Positions 1 to 12,250 are shown, numbered from the whole stretch's first letter. The stretch is 58,000 bases of DNA, filler included, from Circinaria calcarea (GCA_051942165.1; 7 parts of 7 records of this genome joined end to end with filler, not necessarily neighbours in it), one strand, 5' to 3'. Numbers and translations: made by a program. Notes: generated from the sequence alone by a model not told the origin.

Positions 1-190
1 TTAAAGGGGGTGGTAACGAACGATACGTTCAAGGAGCCGTCTCAAAGGGAGGAAGCAAAGAAAGTTGCCAAGAAGGTTCTGGAGGAGAGATACACAAGTG
101 GGAAGAATAGATGGTTCTTCACCCCACTGAGTGAGCTCCCACTGGTTCCAATGGATTCTTGTGAATGCTAAATTCGAGATAGGATTTTGA
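1..190 (+). CDS. RPL27: 60S ribosomal protein L27 (eL27), 3' part; exons 1-130 and 183-190
   Basis: Frame 1 reads [43 protein letters not shown]. Intron 131-182 (gtgagc...tag) is followed by RF-stop, the typical eL27 C-terminus. Confidence 0.95.
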
Positions 191-1621
191 GTGTTTCCAT
201 TCTGTCATGATCTCCAGCTGTCAAATCGAGCATCTATGCCAGTTTCTGCTAAAGCTTTTCATGTAGTTGAATAACAGCTGTTCTCTGCATGACTGATCTA
301 CACTATGATACATCTTACGCTTACTGTCGGATATGAGTAATTGCGTGTCATGATTTCGCACATTCTGATCTTTGTCATCTGCAAGGTGCAGACTTCTGTT
401 AAGACCATCCCGAGTTACATTCAACAATCCTGCCGGTTAAGTAGTGCCTTTTAGGAACGTGGGTTCGTATGGTTGGGTATAGGTCTGGAATAACTCACGC
501 CGTGGCAAGAGGACCGTGGGGAGAGGCTCGAACTCAAAAATATGCCACAGACACAGTAAACCGGTCAATTAGTTGAGATAGCATAGCGAAATTGGGAGAG
601 TCGTTCCTTGTCTCTACTAACGCCTTATTCTTAGGCTGAGAGTCCTGATGGAAACTGGTCATTTCCATGTTGGAGACGCGATTCTCAGGTAATTATCCGG
701 CGGTCCCCTCTCCCAATTTCAGACTTCGACGTTTAGGGTATCATTCCAGTTCATCTTGAATCGTCAATAATCCTTTCATTTATGTACAAGGGCTTCGAAC
801 TATCCGTCTTATCGTCGGTCCTGAGTAAATTCAACCTTGGAGTTACCTTCTACCTGGGTACTAATGGGTATACGCTATAGTTTATTTTCCATTCATGTTA
901 CAAGTAATACTTCATGTTTGTTTCCTGATCGACTACCTCAACGCGCATGCGGCTCCCTTTATGTAGAAGCTCCAATGATTTATAAAAGGCGGCTTGTTTC
1001 CTGAACGGTAGTACTATACTGACTGGATTAGGTGTCTCGGGCAAACGGCGAAGGTTCTTGGTAGCCCTTTGAATAGCGGGGGCAACGAAGCCTCAGTCAA
1101 CGCCATCGTAGACTTATGATCAAAGGCCAAAGTTGTTAAGCTTAAAACTCGTGTTTTATTTTACTGCCAAGTGGTCGACGTTGGAAAGATTCGTTTGGAA
1201 ACGATCCTAAAAGTAGAAAATTGGGATAAGGATATTTTGCAGTGTACAATCATATAGCAGTACCAACAGTTTAATGACTGGAGACGCTGCGTTGTGTGAA
1301 CAGAGGTATCGAACCGATTAACCCAAGAGTCTACTCTCCTGAAGCTGAAAAGCCTCGAGAGATCTACCGTTATAGTTCGTTAAAGCGGCGCGAATCGCCA
1401 AACCCTACTCCGTATTTGGGTTGCGTTGAATCTCTTCACGTGATCATGATGATGACTTCTTGATCTCTATCCCGAGCAATGTGATTGGCCCAAGCTTACC
1501 CCTGCATACTCTATTAGCAGGACGAACCCCGCAGATTGGTCAACATATTTCTACCTCTTCGACCTTCAACTACCATCCGCGCCGTTAACCTTCAGTTGGA
1601 AATTTCAGAGTCCTTGCGAAA

Positions 1622-2517
1622 ATGTCTTCTGCCACTGTGAATTCCGAAGACAACTCCTACGCCCCAAGCCGGGGGGAGGATGAGCCCCTTCTCGGAAGAG
1701 CCGGTGATGCCTCGCAACAGGAAGGAAAAGGAATCCAGTACAATCCCTTCATAGGTCAGTCTGACACTTCTTTCGCCGTTCTTACTTCAAACTGAACGGA
1801 TATAACAGGTACTGCGGTAATTGCCCAGGCTGGGATCTGGATTGTACAACTCCCTTTCCACCCAAGGAAAGCTGTACACGAAGCTGACTAGGCATAGCTC
1901 GCGGCAACGATATGGGCGTCCGTCTTCAGTGCGCCTTTGATCTTATTCTCCGCTCATCCGGTACAAGGGCCGTCCTAGTCCTGATTCCATGCCAATGTGC
2001 TAAGAAAATATCCCAGCTCCTTAACTCCGCCGGCATCCTTCTTACCACCCAAGCCATTCTCGTCCTGCAGCCTACCCATACACCGCGACAGAAGAAACAA
2101 GGCACCAACGTTCATGCCGCGTTAAACATCACTTCGGTTCTCTCCCTCATTGCCGGTCTTATCATCATCGAGTACAATAAGATATCCCACGGTGGAATCC
2201 ATTTTGCGTCGCCCCACGCCATCCTTGGCCTCATAACTTACATCTTCTTCATTGTCCAGGCTCTGATAGGCATCGCACAATACTACTTACCGAATCTCTT
2301 CGGCAGCATTGACAATGCCAAGTCGTTTTACAAATACCATCGGATGACCGGATACGTGATCCTCATATTGGCCTTTGCTACTGTGGCTGCAGCCACACAG
2401 ACGGACTTCAATAAGAACGTCCTGCATATAAAGCTGTGGGCGGTCATTGTGGCGTCACTTATAACCCTGATAGGAGTGCTGCCGAGGATCAAGAAGCAGA
2501 AGCTCGGGATGTCATAG
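1622..2517 (+). CDS. Cytochrome b561-domain membrane protein; exons about 1622-1754, 1809-1843, 1898-1960, 2017-2517
   Basis: Spliced product MSSATVNSED...LFSAHP|LLNSAGILL...VHAALN...FASPHAILG...YKYHRMTGY has the conserved heme-ligand histidines and several hydrophobic helices. Introns are GT-AG. Confidence 0.85.
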
Positions 2518-3710
2518 GAGGTTGGATTGGGAGAAAAAGTTTAGGGTGTTGAAGCCGCCTTCCAGATTGACATATAGGCGCGTACCAATTATTGCAGATT
2601 GACAAGTTCGGTATAGCGAGGAGTTGGCACTTCTTTTGGCTTGGTCGGGGGGTTTTACCTAAGCATTTGTTTATAATAGGATTTTACTAAATTGTTGTAT
2701 CTTGGTCTAACTGGTGATCCCATGATTTTTAGAAATCCTGGACCTAAAGGGTCCGGGTCTGACTTTTCTAATGGTCCTACGCTTTCTTTAGCCATGTGTG
2801 CATAAAAAATTCTTCAGATTCCGTCCTCAACTTGGATGATTCGGTCCCGAACCATCTGATGACTCCTGCTCTGTAAGTCTGCCGACTCGGCTTACAAGTG
2901 GCGAGAGCCCCCCTAGGATACACAGTACCAAACTGGTATACTTATCTACACCCACGACCTACCTCACTGTTATACCGCACTGCATCAGCATATCATCTCT
3001 TACCGAATCCTTTACAATTCTTCCACGGCCCCCTTCGAACAGCAAAAGAAAAAACATACAACGGCGCCTTGACTATGAATATCATATCGATTAGATACAC
3101 CTAGGACAGGCGGCGAGGAATCGTCAATGCTCGAGCGTCGTTGAGGCGATGAAGAGAGATAAAGCCTGAGGAGATAGGTTAAGCGGTTACTACTGGTTAA
3201 TCTTTACATACACATATGGTGGAATACGGGAATAGGTCCGGTACCATAGAGACGGGCGATCAGATAGGGGCGGTGGGGGGTGGTAGTTTAAAGGGGGGTC
3301 AGCCGGAATACAGTAGCCTTGTTGGGTAGAATAGGTAGGCCTTTGTATAACTAAACTGGGGTTTTATGTTCTTTATCTCATATATTCGTTCTTACCTCTA
3401 CTTTTACCACTCCGAGCATTTTGACCGCTTGGCCATTATAGTAGCCTAATTAATTTACAGTAAATCGGTACCGGAGACCCCCCCCCGCCCGGGGATCGGG
3501 ACGGGTGGTCCAAAAGGGGCTCACTGGTTAGAATACGAAGTAGAGATAAAACCTTCTAGCTCGGGTAAAGTCTTTAGCATTTCCAATTTCCCACGTTTAT
3601 ATTCCCAATAGGACGTCACTCCGGCCCGTATGGTATGGATTGTAAACTTGACCTTTACAGAAAGGAAACTAGTATCTGCTATACTCTCTCTTTCCTTCTC
3701 AACTTTCTTG

Positions 3711-3737
3711 CTCTCTCTCTCTCTCTCACACACACAT
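3711..3737. repeat. (CT)n(CA)n compound microsatellite
   Basis: ctctctctctctctctcacacacaca read directly. Confidence 0.8.
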
Positions 3738-4912
3738 TCCGGGGCTTTTTGGGTGTCTCCCCGCCATTTTTTATCTACCCTCTACCTCGTACCTCTTTTT
3801 CCCCGCTTCCGCTTCGGTTCTTTTGCGAAAATTTTGTATTTCTACCATACCCTTTATTCCAGCTCCCATTGGGAGTCGCGTTATCTCGAATGTGCGCCTG
3901 GTCTATGCCTTCCCCCCTTCTTTTTACCTGTAGAAAAACAAAACTTGGAAAACTAAGGCTTGCATGTCCTATAATAAGAGAGGAGAAGGAGGAAAGGGAT
4001 TTTCTTTTGAATCCGAACCTGTGCCGGAAGCTTTTCCGCCCGCATTTCTTAGATTAAATGCTTTTAAACGTAGGCAAATGATGACCCGCGGATGAGTTTT
4101 GAACGGAAATAGAACTTTTTCTTGGGGGTTTAATCTGTCACATCGGCTTACTTGCATCTGGTAAAGAAGGTTATTTAGAGGGGTTTCTCTTGGGCATAAG
4201 GGACCCGTCGCTTTGAAGAGGAGAGATTCCGAGCCCCGATCGGGGTCATGGGTTGATAACTAAGTTCCCCTTCGCATTGGGGCGTTGCAAAAGACTCTCT
4301 TTCTTTTTTCTCTTACTCTGTACATACCCTTATCAGAAAAGAAAAAAAAAAGGAATCCAAATAGCTTGATTTCAGATCTTGATGTTATCTATTGGAATTT
4401 GCGCGAAGCCGGAAACGGGGAGAAACATCATCAATCTATCCCTAGTTGTCTGGCCAAAGGGTGTGCCTGGTAGTGTTGTATTGAGGACAAGCAAGTTTTT
4501 CAACAACTGGGGCCTCGTTCGAAACATTTTGTCGTACTTACTGATATAGTATTTCTCCGTTGTAAAGCTACAAAGCTGTAAACCTCAAGCATCTAGGCCG
4601 TAAGCCGAAAATCTTTCTTCCCGATCTGTTTGGCTTTGGGAAGCCTCTCTCCCCCACACATACACTCTCTAGTGGGGGAACTTCAATAACGGTCCACGCC
4701 GTTACCCCCGTGCCGGAGAAGAATATCCACGGCGAGAAACAAACTATGCATTACTCATCACGTACTCTTTTTTTCCCTTCAACTCAGAGTCGAAGTTTCT
4801 ACTATTGTGTTTTGATGTTATTATGTTTTGAATGTTGAATTTGGCACTTTCTGGGGGAAAAGAAAACTGGCCTCGACAAATGATTTGGGTGTCAAGGAGG
4901 TGTTGGGGTGAG

Positions 4913-5044
4913 TTGCACGAGAGTGCACGCATTAAGTAGAATAGTGATAGAATATCTTGCCTCCATTTATGGCCGAAGGTAGGCTTTAAGGGGCCTAAAG
5001 GCCTTGATTAGCTAGTCAACCTGCTCCCTTCCTTTCGAATCACG
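4913..5044 (+). mobile_element. Degenerate LTR, same family as 5266-5387 and 14271-14375
   Basis: Shares cacgagagtgcacgca, cgaagg(c/t)aggctttaagg and a gctcc-ttcc-ttcg 3' block with the copy at 5266, and agaatagtgatagaat with the copy at 14271. Ends are eroded and no TSD is visible. Confidence 0.6.
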
Positions 5045-5265
5045 TATCAAAATTCTACACTAGCGAACCCCTGATAAGGCATGGATACCCTGTTTTGTTA
5101 CGGTAATTTGTATGATGGCTGTGGGTCATATATTCCGGGGCTGGTAGGCTCTGGATATAGAACCTCACTACCTCGATAGTAATAAATCGGATCTTTTGAC
5201 ATGATAGTGAGAGAAGTATTGAACAAAGACTTCGACGGGAGTTATTCCACCGACGAGACGAGGGA

Positions 5266-5387
5266 TGTCACGAGAGTGCACGCAACTGATCATGTGAATA
5301 GAATTTGGTTAAAATCTATTCGAAGGCAGGCTTTAAGGCTCAGATGCCTTGGTGAGCTAACTAACCAGCTCCTTCCTTCGCATAACA
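5266..5387 (+). mobile_element. Solo LTR (122 bp, TG...CA) with 5-bp target-site duplication AGGGA
   Basis: TGTCACG...CGCATAACA, flanked by aggga at 5261-5265 and 5388-5392. Confidence 0.85.
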
Positions 5388-6065
5388 AGGGAAGGGAGAA
5401 GTCAAGGCACACGAACCGAGGAAACAGGGCAGAAAGAGTGTAGACAGGAAAGGAAAAAGATTGGAGTGGGGGCCACAGCTTTCTATCTCGATCAAAGAAT
5501 CACCAAGGGTGCAAAGCCAAGGGTCGAGTATTAAAATGACAGCGATTCCATCTATACCAATCTATGGAATTATTCCCATGGAATATTTGTTCAAAAACCC
5601 AAAAAAATCACTTGGCACTACGCACCGAGCTTGGATGATACCGAAAGAAAAGAAAAAAACAAAGGAAAAGAAAAGAGAATAAACTAGATGCTCCGAGAGA
5701 CGTTTCCTACTGATAGATTTTTCTTGGCCGTGTCCTCGTGCTGAGAATCTATATTAATATGACGAGGGATGTTCAAGAACCAAATCGAACGGTTGTTACC
5801 CATGGCAGACCAAGTAGTTTCATGTACAAGAAGGGGTGCAGACGTACAGGAAGCTTTGTGTTCTGGAAAAAGAGAATAGTGCCAGGGAATCCGTATAGCT
5901 ACAGAGGGCACTATCTAGGAGCAGAGCACAACCCTTCAATCGCTACACAGCGTCTTAGCACGGCAAACTCAGCCAGATGTTTTCTGATTTGGCGTAGCCT
6001 AAAAAAATAGACCCAACTTATCATCCCGTATCCCGCGCATGACTTTTCCGCCTTTTTCTCGGAGC

Positions 6066-6536
6066 TCAGCTACATTTGAGAGAGAAGCTGTTGACCCCAA
6101 ACAAGGTAGCCGGAAATGTGAGACCATAGTTGACGCAGAGGTTGTATTGATCCTCCACATGCGGCTGCATATCCACCCCTGTCCCCGTGCAACCACTTCC
6201 CGACCAAGCCGTCAAACGGCAGGAAGGTGACTGGGCATCATTGGTGATCGCCTGCTGGAAACTCTGGATCGGCTTGTTGCTATTCTTGCAATCTCCATTG
6301 GCCAGGAAGAGATTGATGGAGAGGCTGACACCCACCTCAACCATGGACGGAACTACGCAGCCAGGGGTTAGGGTAGCCGTTCACCACGGTCTTTGCGACA
6401 GGACATCTGCTGGTGGACGCGGCCGAGATGGAGGAGATTTGGCCGAAAGCGGCAAGGACCAGCAGCTTGTACAGAGTGCAGCGTCACCGTCAGGTTTTAC
6501 GCGCCTGTGATGCCTTAGCTTGATGCTGAAGTACAT
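6066..6536 (-). pseudogene. Small secreted Cys-rich protein, copy A; damaged donor site and a 1-bp frameshift
   Basis: caccATG MYFSIK, then a 53-nt intron-like segment 6518-6466 starting CTAAGG instead of GTAAGG, then LLVLAAFGQISSISAA (signal peptide)...NGYPNP. An extra base in the G-run 6364-6367 shifts the frame before GCVVPS...GDCKN...CRLTAWSGSGCTG...CVNYG...SFSLKCS*. Confidence 0.6.
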
Positions 6537-6615
6537 GGTGTATAGTAGCAATAGCCTGCGAGCCTTTGATAGAGGTAGGAAGGATGTCTTTTCTTTGGGA
6601 AAGGATCGTGAAGCT

Positions 6616-7058
6616 ATGCAGAAGCTCACGGTACTGTGATCATGGAGGTCGGCTCTCTGATAATTGAGCTTCCTGACTAACGACCGACTTGTAGGCCTTG
6701 GGCGCTGCCATCACCTGTCTGCTGCCGACTGTCCACTCGTCGCTGCTAGCCACTGCGGGTTGTGTGACGGCGATCGCGTTCGCCAACAATAAGCTGGATT
6801 GCCTTCCGGTGAAGGCTGAAGATGTTGATACGAGTCTACCGCCAAAGTTCGTCTTCTCCACTGGCTACTGTGCGAATTTTGCCTTCCCCTACTCCAGCGT
6901 CTTCGTCAATGCCGACAACAGTACCCCCGGCCTGACTTGTTCGCTCACGTCGTATTTATTGTCCAATTGTGTGAACCCGATCAACACGTCCGGAATTGGA
7001 GGGTATATCAATGTCAGTCTATTGCCAAAAGCACTGTGCCATGCTCACCTGCTCTTGA
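6616..7058 (+). pseudogene. Small secreted Cys-rich protein, copy B (paralog of copy A), with a late frameshift
   Basis: MQKLT, intron 6631-6694 (gtactg...gactaac...tag), then ALGAAITCLLPTVHS (signal peptide)...DCLP...GYCAN...CSLTSYLLSNC. The tail matching copy A, AMLTCS* (7038-7058), is in a shifted frame; the unshifted ORF runs to 7102. Confidence 0.6.
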
Positions 7059-7689
7059 TTCATAAACGGGCAGTTGCGGGTGGGAGGGTTCTAGATGATT
7101 GATGGCATTGTATATAGCCGTGTTGGTGGCAAAGACAAGACTTATATTTTAATCTTGAAGGTGTGCTCTAGTATAGTGATACAACTGGTCTCGAAATGAT
7201 GAGACACCTGTGAACCAAAACGCTTACGTTGCTTAAATCAACTACCTAATCCCCTGTTCATTTGTGGTAGTCGAAGTAGTTTTTTAAAAAAAAGAGGACA
7301 ATACCGTGTATAACCCGGGGAGATCGCTGCTGTACCATCAGGCGAGCCGGGGAATGGGCATCAGGGACGGTAGATATCGGGGGTCCTTTTTTAGAATATA
7401 TGGATATAGGGGGGTGAAGATGGCGAGAGATAAGAGACAAAGAAAGAGCTTACTGCTGCAATCATCCAGGCAGAAGAAAATAGGGACTTTGAGGTATTCC
7501 CTTTAGCTCCTACCATCCTGTAGCCGGACCCCATTCGTCGAAGATTTGTAAGCAGAATGAAAGTTTGAAGAGAAAGGCGAAACGAAAAATACGCAATCCC
7601 TAAAGAGAGACGGATCATTCGAGTTCAGGCGATATTTAATTCGCTCGATGCATATTAGTACATGTCCCCACTCTCTCTATGCCTGTTTC

Positions 7690-8236
7690 TCACTCCAGCA
7701 TCGAAGCTTGATTAGTATACAGCACGTCCACCACATTACTCAACCGCTTAATCGTCTCCAGCGCTGCATCGTACCCTTGGTCCCGCTCCGCCTCATCGTA
7801 GACGATCAAACACCCTGCCCCTTGATCTAAAACCCCGATAATGACCTTGTCCAGTATCATCTGCGAAAGCTTCCTTTCAACTTGCATCGTGTCTAGCCCT
7901 ACCATTTTCGCAATGTGCTCGATTTCGACCCGGCTAAACGGTTCGATGACTTTGATGAGGTTTTGCTCCAACATGGCGTCGTAGAGACGGCGGAGGTGAT
8001 TCCGGATGAAGGGGTCAGAGCCGAGTTCGTATCGATAATCTGATAGGGCTTTTTCATAGTCTTCGAGCGAGCGGTTGGAATGCGCGCGAGCGACGGCTTT
8101 CATGGCTTCAAGGTTCTTGCCGGAGTACTTTTGCGCTTGCTTGGATGCCATAAGACTGTTTACGTCATCGACGAGATTTAGCATAATCTTGCAGAGAAGC
8201 ATGTACTGCAGGGCGGATGTAGCTTTCGAGGCAGCT
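7690..8236 (-). CDS. RPN6: 26S proteasome lid subunit Rpn6 (PSMD11), 3' part, cut by contig end
   Basis: [12 protein letters not shown]...[31 protein letters not shown]...[12 protein letters not shown] (PCI domain). Confidence 0.95.
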
Positions 8237-8336
8237 NNNNNNNNNNNNNNNNNNNNNNNNNNNNNNNNNNNNNNNNNNNNTTAATTAATTAANNNNNNNN
8301 NNNNNNNNNNNNNNNNNNNNNNNNNNNNNNNNNNNN
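8237..8336. other. Artificial contig spacer N44-TTAATTAATTAA-N44
   Basis: Identical 100-bp spacer occurs six times; its core gives stops in all six frames. Confidence 0.98.
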
Positions 8337-9489
8337 GGATGGGAGGTGGTGAGGGGGGAAAGGAGAGGGAAAGGGGCAACGAACCTTGCCTGTTTGGAAG
8401 GGGGAGAAGGGTTTAGTTTAATGTTTAATTGGGAAGCGGACGAAGTGGCGGGGGGTTTGGTGCACTCCCTACCTGCCAGAATCTACGTACGTAGCCGCTT
8501 ACGTAGCCGGGGACTCGCTTGTCTGAGGAATGGAGGAGATTAGGAGACGGGCTTGATATTTTGGTGGGAGAGGATGGGGTGTATGCGGTATAGAATAAGG
8601 AATCTGGGCTGTACCGTAGTGGGGAGGGGGTTTCCAGATTAGACTCCTATAGGATTGTTAGAGAGAGGATGTTTCTTTTGGGAGGATCTGAGAGGGTCGG
8701 ACTGACCCGTAGCCGAAGAGCCAGAATTCTTCGGGGGATTCTTTGTGGTTCATTGTTATTTGCCCGTTCGTGGGCGTATCCACACGCAAGACGGAAAGTA
8801 TAATCTGCTCAGTGGAATATGACCCCCGTCTCTTTCGAGTTGGGAAGGACTGTGGTGCTTTATAGCCGCTATGACGCTACGTCACCATAACAATCGTATG
8901 TTATGTGCGCTGAGACAATGTAAAACCTTCAAGATACCAATGTGGTCATGTTCACTCTATTTCTTTCAAGAAGACTGGGAAACTAGATAACATCCTTGAA
9001 AACTTCCAGAGCTGGGTCTATTTATAGCAACGAGGAGCGCAAATATATCATAATGGAAAATGTAGATAGAGGAGACTTACTCCGTGTAACATTTAAATGT
9101 AGATGGAAATGCGGCTCTTCCTTTCGATCTGCTATCCCAAGTCTAGACTTCTTAAAAGCCTAGCGCCAGACACATAATGCAAGGTGATTGGTCAAGTCGT
9201 TCAGCCTTATCAGTGATCCTACCTCTGTAACCAGTTCGAAGGGCCTCTATTCATCCTCAGCGAGTATTGATTGCCTAGGTCTTGCTGCGCTCATAAACTC
9301 GAAGAAGTATTGAACCTAATCATACAAGCAGAAACTCGCAGGAACTCGCAAGACAATCAACAAATGACACGAGGCTAAGCCGGCCAGCTTACAGACAGTC
9401 ATTGGACTGGTGGAAGTTGAGGTCGCATTGTACAATATCTAGACTTTGCAAACCTCTTCAGTGCTTGTCAAGAGGGACAATATTCCATC

Positions 9490-10623
9490 ATGGCATATAA
9501 CAGCGGATACAATCCGGATGCCCTGCCGGCGTGAGTACCTGTGATCCTCATCTTTGCTTGCGCTTCGTCTGGTTTGGAATCCAGGCTGACATTGGAACAA
9601 TCTTCCCTCAGACACGCCGAGCCGGATCAAGTAGGTAGCCGTGTTGTTGGGACAAGCTCGTAGTTTGTTCTGATAACCCTCTTTAAAGGCAGCCCAAATC
9701 CTCGCATACCAGACTCAACAGAGACCAGTCTCACGACCTGCATCAAGCCCAAATCCATCGATACCTAGTCAGTTCCCACAACCGTCATATCAAAATAAGC
9801 CTCCTCCACCAGTGCCTCAGAGCCTTCATCAGATCCAACCACTAAACTATCGCCGACCCTCCACTAGTTCGAATGTAGGTTCACCCTACAACTCTAATGA
9901 TGCCGCCGCGTATTCGCCCCCACAAAATCATAATCATATAACACCGCAACAATTACGGCCTTTGCGCTCGCCCCCTCTCTCGCGTTCGCCACTTGCTCAA
10001 GGAAAAGCAGATGGTGCCCTGTTCCCTCTCTTCAAGGCGGTGGATAGAAGAGGCACAGGCCAATTGACGGAGGAGGAGCTTCGCGCTGCTCTTGTCAATG
10101 GCGACTTCACCCAATTTGATCCTCATACAGTGAAGATGATGATTAGAATGTTTGATGTGAATAGGAGCGGTACCATTGGATTCGATGAGTTCTGGTATAT
10201 ACGGACTTCAACTATGATCTCCCCGACTTGCTAATGCCCTCAGCGCCCTTTGGGGTTTCCTTGCTGCCTGGCGTACTCTGTTCGAACGCTTCGACGAAGA
10301 CGGTAGTGGCTATATATGCTTTGATGAATATTCCAAGGCACTCGTTGCATTTGGTTATCACCTTACCGTACCATTTGTCAGCTTGTTGTACAGAACATAT
10401 GATAAAAGAGGCAACAACCAAATGAGCTTTGATATTTTTGTACAGAGTTGTATAAGCCTAAAGCGCATGACCGACATCTTCAAGAAGTATGATAGTGATA
10501 GAGATGGGTACGTAACGTTGAGTTTTGAGGAGTTCTTGACAGGTTAGTACCCGTGGTGGATTATGTATGTTGACTGGTTTGCTTGTGTTGACAAATAGGG
10601 CAGAGATCTTGCTGCAGCCATGA
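9490..10623 (+). CDS. PEF1: Penta-EF-hand protein peflin/ALG-2-like; exons 9490-9530, 9612-9630, 9689-10194, 10244-10542, 10604-10623
   Basis: MAYNSGYNPDALP and a Pro-rich N-terminus, then LFKAVDRRGTGQLTEEELRAALVNGD, MFDVNRSGTIGFDEF, FDEDGSG and YDSDRDGYVTLSFEEFL. Confidence 0.92.
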
Positions 10624-11839
10624 GTCAGCTGCTGAGGCGTTTTGGAGATCTCCTGATTGTTTCTCCCTGTTACTTAGCGTCGGCGTCGGTATTAACGATC
10701 TGTCACGATGTATGCATCAAGGCTTTCCGCTAGGAATTGCCTGTTAGAAAAGGTTAGGGTTTCCTAGAATTTAGGTATAACAACAGAGGTTGACCTGTGA
10801 ATACCGGGTGTGCATTGCTACTCAAGGCGAAAGACAATGCCATCGATCCTGATTTGAAGAGTGAATGATCGACAAACTTTAACATCCCTTGCGGTTACTG
10901 ACCAGGGACGAAGCCGTTTGTTCTCTCCAAGGTTATATGACACGTGCTAGCATAATCTCCCTATCTCCGCTTGCTCCCTATAAGTATATATAGCACCCTT
11001 CTTTGCCAATTTTCCGGGCGATGTTGAAACAGAACATGGCCAAAAGCTGTTACAATCGGATTCATATCCCCTTATCTGAACACATATAAGATATCTTTGA
11101 ACATGTTATCCAGGTATTTATCCAGCGCCTTTGTGCCGCTTAATCACTAAATCAGCGACCACAGCTTTAGATACCTTGCCTCAATGCAAGCTTTAGGATG
11201 TTGATGTTGTTGGTTTTACCGTCTTGGTATACATGTGCAAAGCTAGTTTTCGAGGATGACGCTCTTCGATTACGGTTTTTGCATGCTGTTGCAACCTTCT
11301 TCCAGGGGGCAACGGACCCTGGGAGCGACTACCGAAAAAAAAGTCCCTGCTGATACTACGGGAGGATCCGCTTTCTGGCATCCGCCTTGCGTTTTAAAGT
11401 ACATGGTCGAAAGTTTCCATAAGGTTTACCGTAAGACGAAGAACGGTCAGTTGTTGACGATGATTTAGTTCGTCGAGACCAGCTTGATCCCAAGTTTTCC
11501 CTTTCCGCCAACAAATCAAAGAAGGGCACAGCCAAGACTCGGGTATCGGTGTATTGCTATCAGCTGGGGCCTAGTAAATACTTTTACTCCAGTCTCTACC
11601 AGATTCCTGATACTACCGCAAATTGCCGACGTTTGAGCCAAGAGGAAGCGCTGGACAAGGCCTTCGGAGCCCGCAAGGAGGCCGAAATTGGTATAGCAAG
11701 TTTCTACTATACTCTTCAAACGGAGGAGCGGGAGTCAAAAAGGCCAAGGTTCGCTGGCAGACCCTCTAAAGGTCCAATCACTATAATCGCCAAGATACAT
11801 TCCATCCCGCCCGACCGCTCCTCCCTTTCTTCCCTCCCC

Positions 11840-12250
11840 TAATTCCGGGATTACCAGGTGATATCTAGGACTAGTTGCTTCTGATTCGCTACCGGGACTC
11901 TTTATTTCTTCTAATTAGTATAAACATTTAGTGACTAATGACCTGTAAGAGAGAATTTATTGATAAACTCTATCTTTATATACGCGTCCTCCAATTTTAT
12001 TACTTTATTAAAAATGGTCCAAAATTTAAAGTTGAAATAATTAATTTATCGTCGCATTAGAAATGCGTTGGTGGCGCATAAAATTATATCGCTGCGAAAT
12101 AGCGGATGGTAGATTTATACGCGTAAATAAAGATAGTGTTTACTAATAAATTACTATCCTAGCTAGTGCCTCTCCCTAATCCTTGCGGAGATCGCCAAAA
12201 AAAACCCCCCCCCCCTGAAAAAGCGCCTATCATTTTGTCACCAACGGTAA
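11840..12250. repeat. AT/TpA-rich segment, probable RIP-mutated transposon relic
   Basis: Sharp rise in TA dinucleotides relative to the flanks and no coding frame; ends near a small hairpin gcgcctat...ataggcgc. Confidence 0.4.

Noticed and set aside
3521..4057. ORFs spanning the CT microsatellite
   Set aside because: Low-complexity translations with no family motif
4913..5387. Two LTRs plus interior as one TRIM element
   Set aside because: The second LTR has its own TSD on both sides and the two copies are quite divergent
8281..8292. TTAATTAATTAA recurring every 8.3 kb as a biological repeat or array
   Set aside because: Always centred in exactly 44+44 Ns; it is an assembly linker
10750..10765. 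GGTTAGGGTT as a telomerase RNA template or telomere seed (similar at 6365)
   Set aside because: Under two repeat units, expected by chance; no other supporting elements seen
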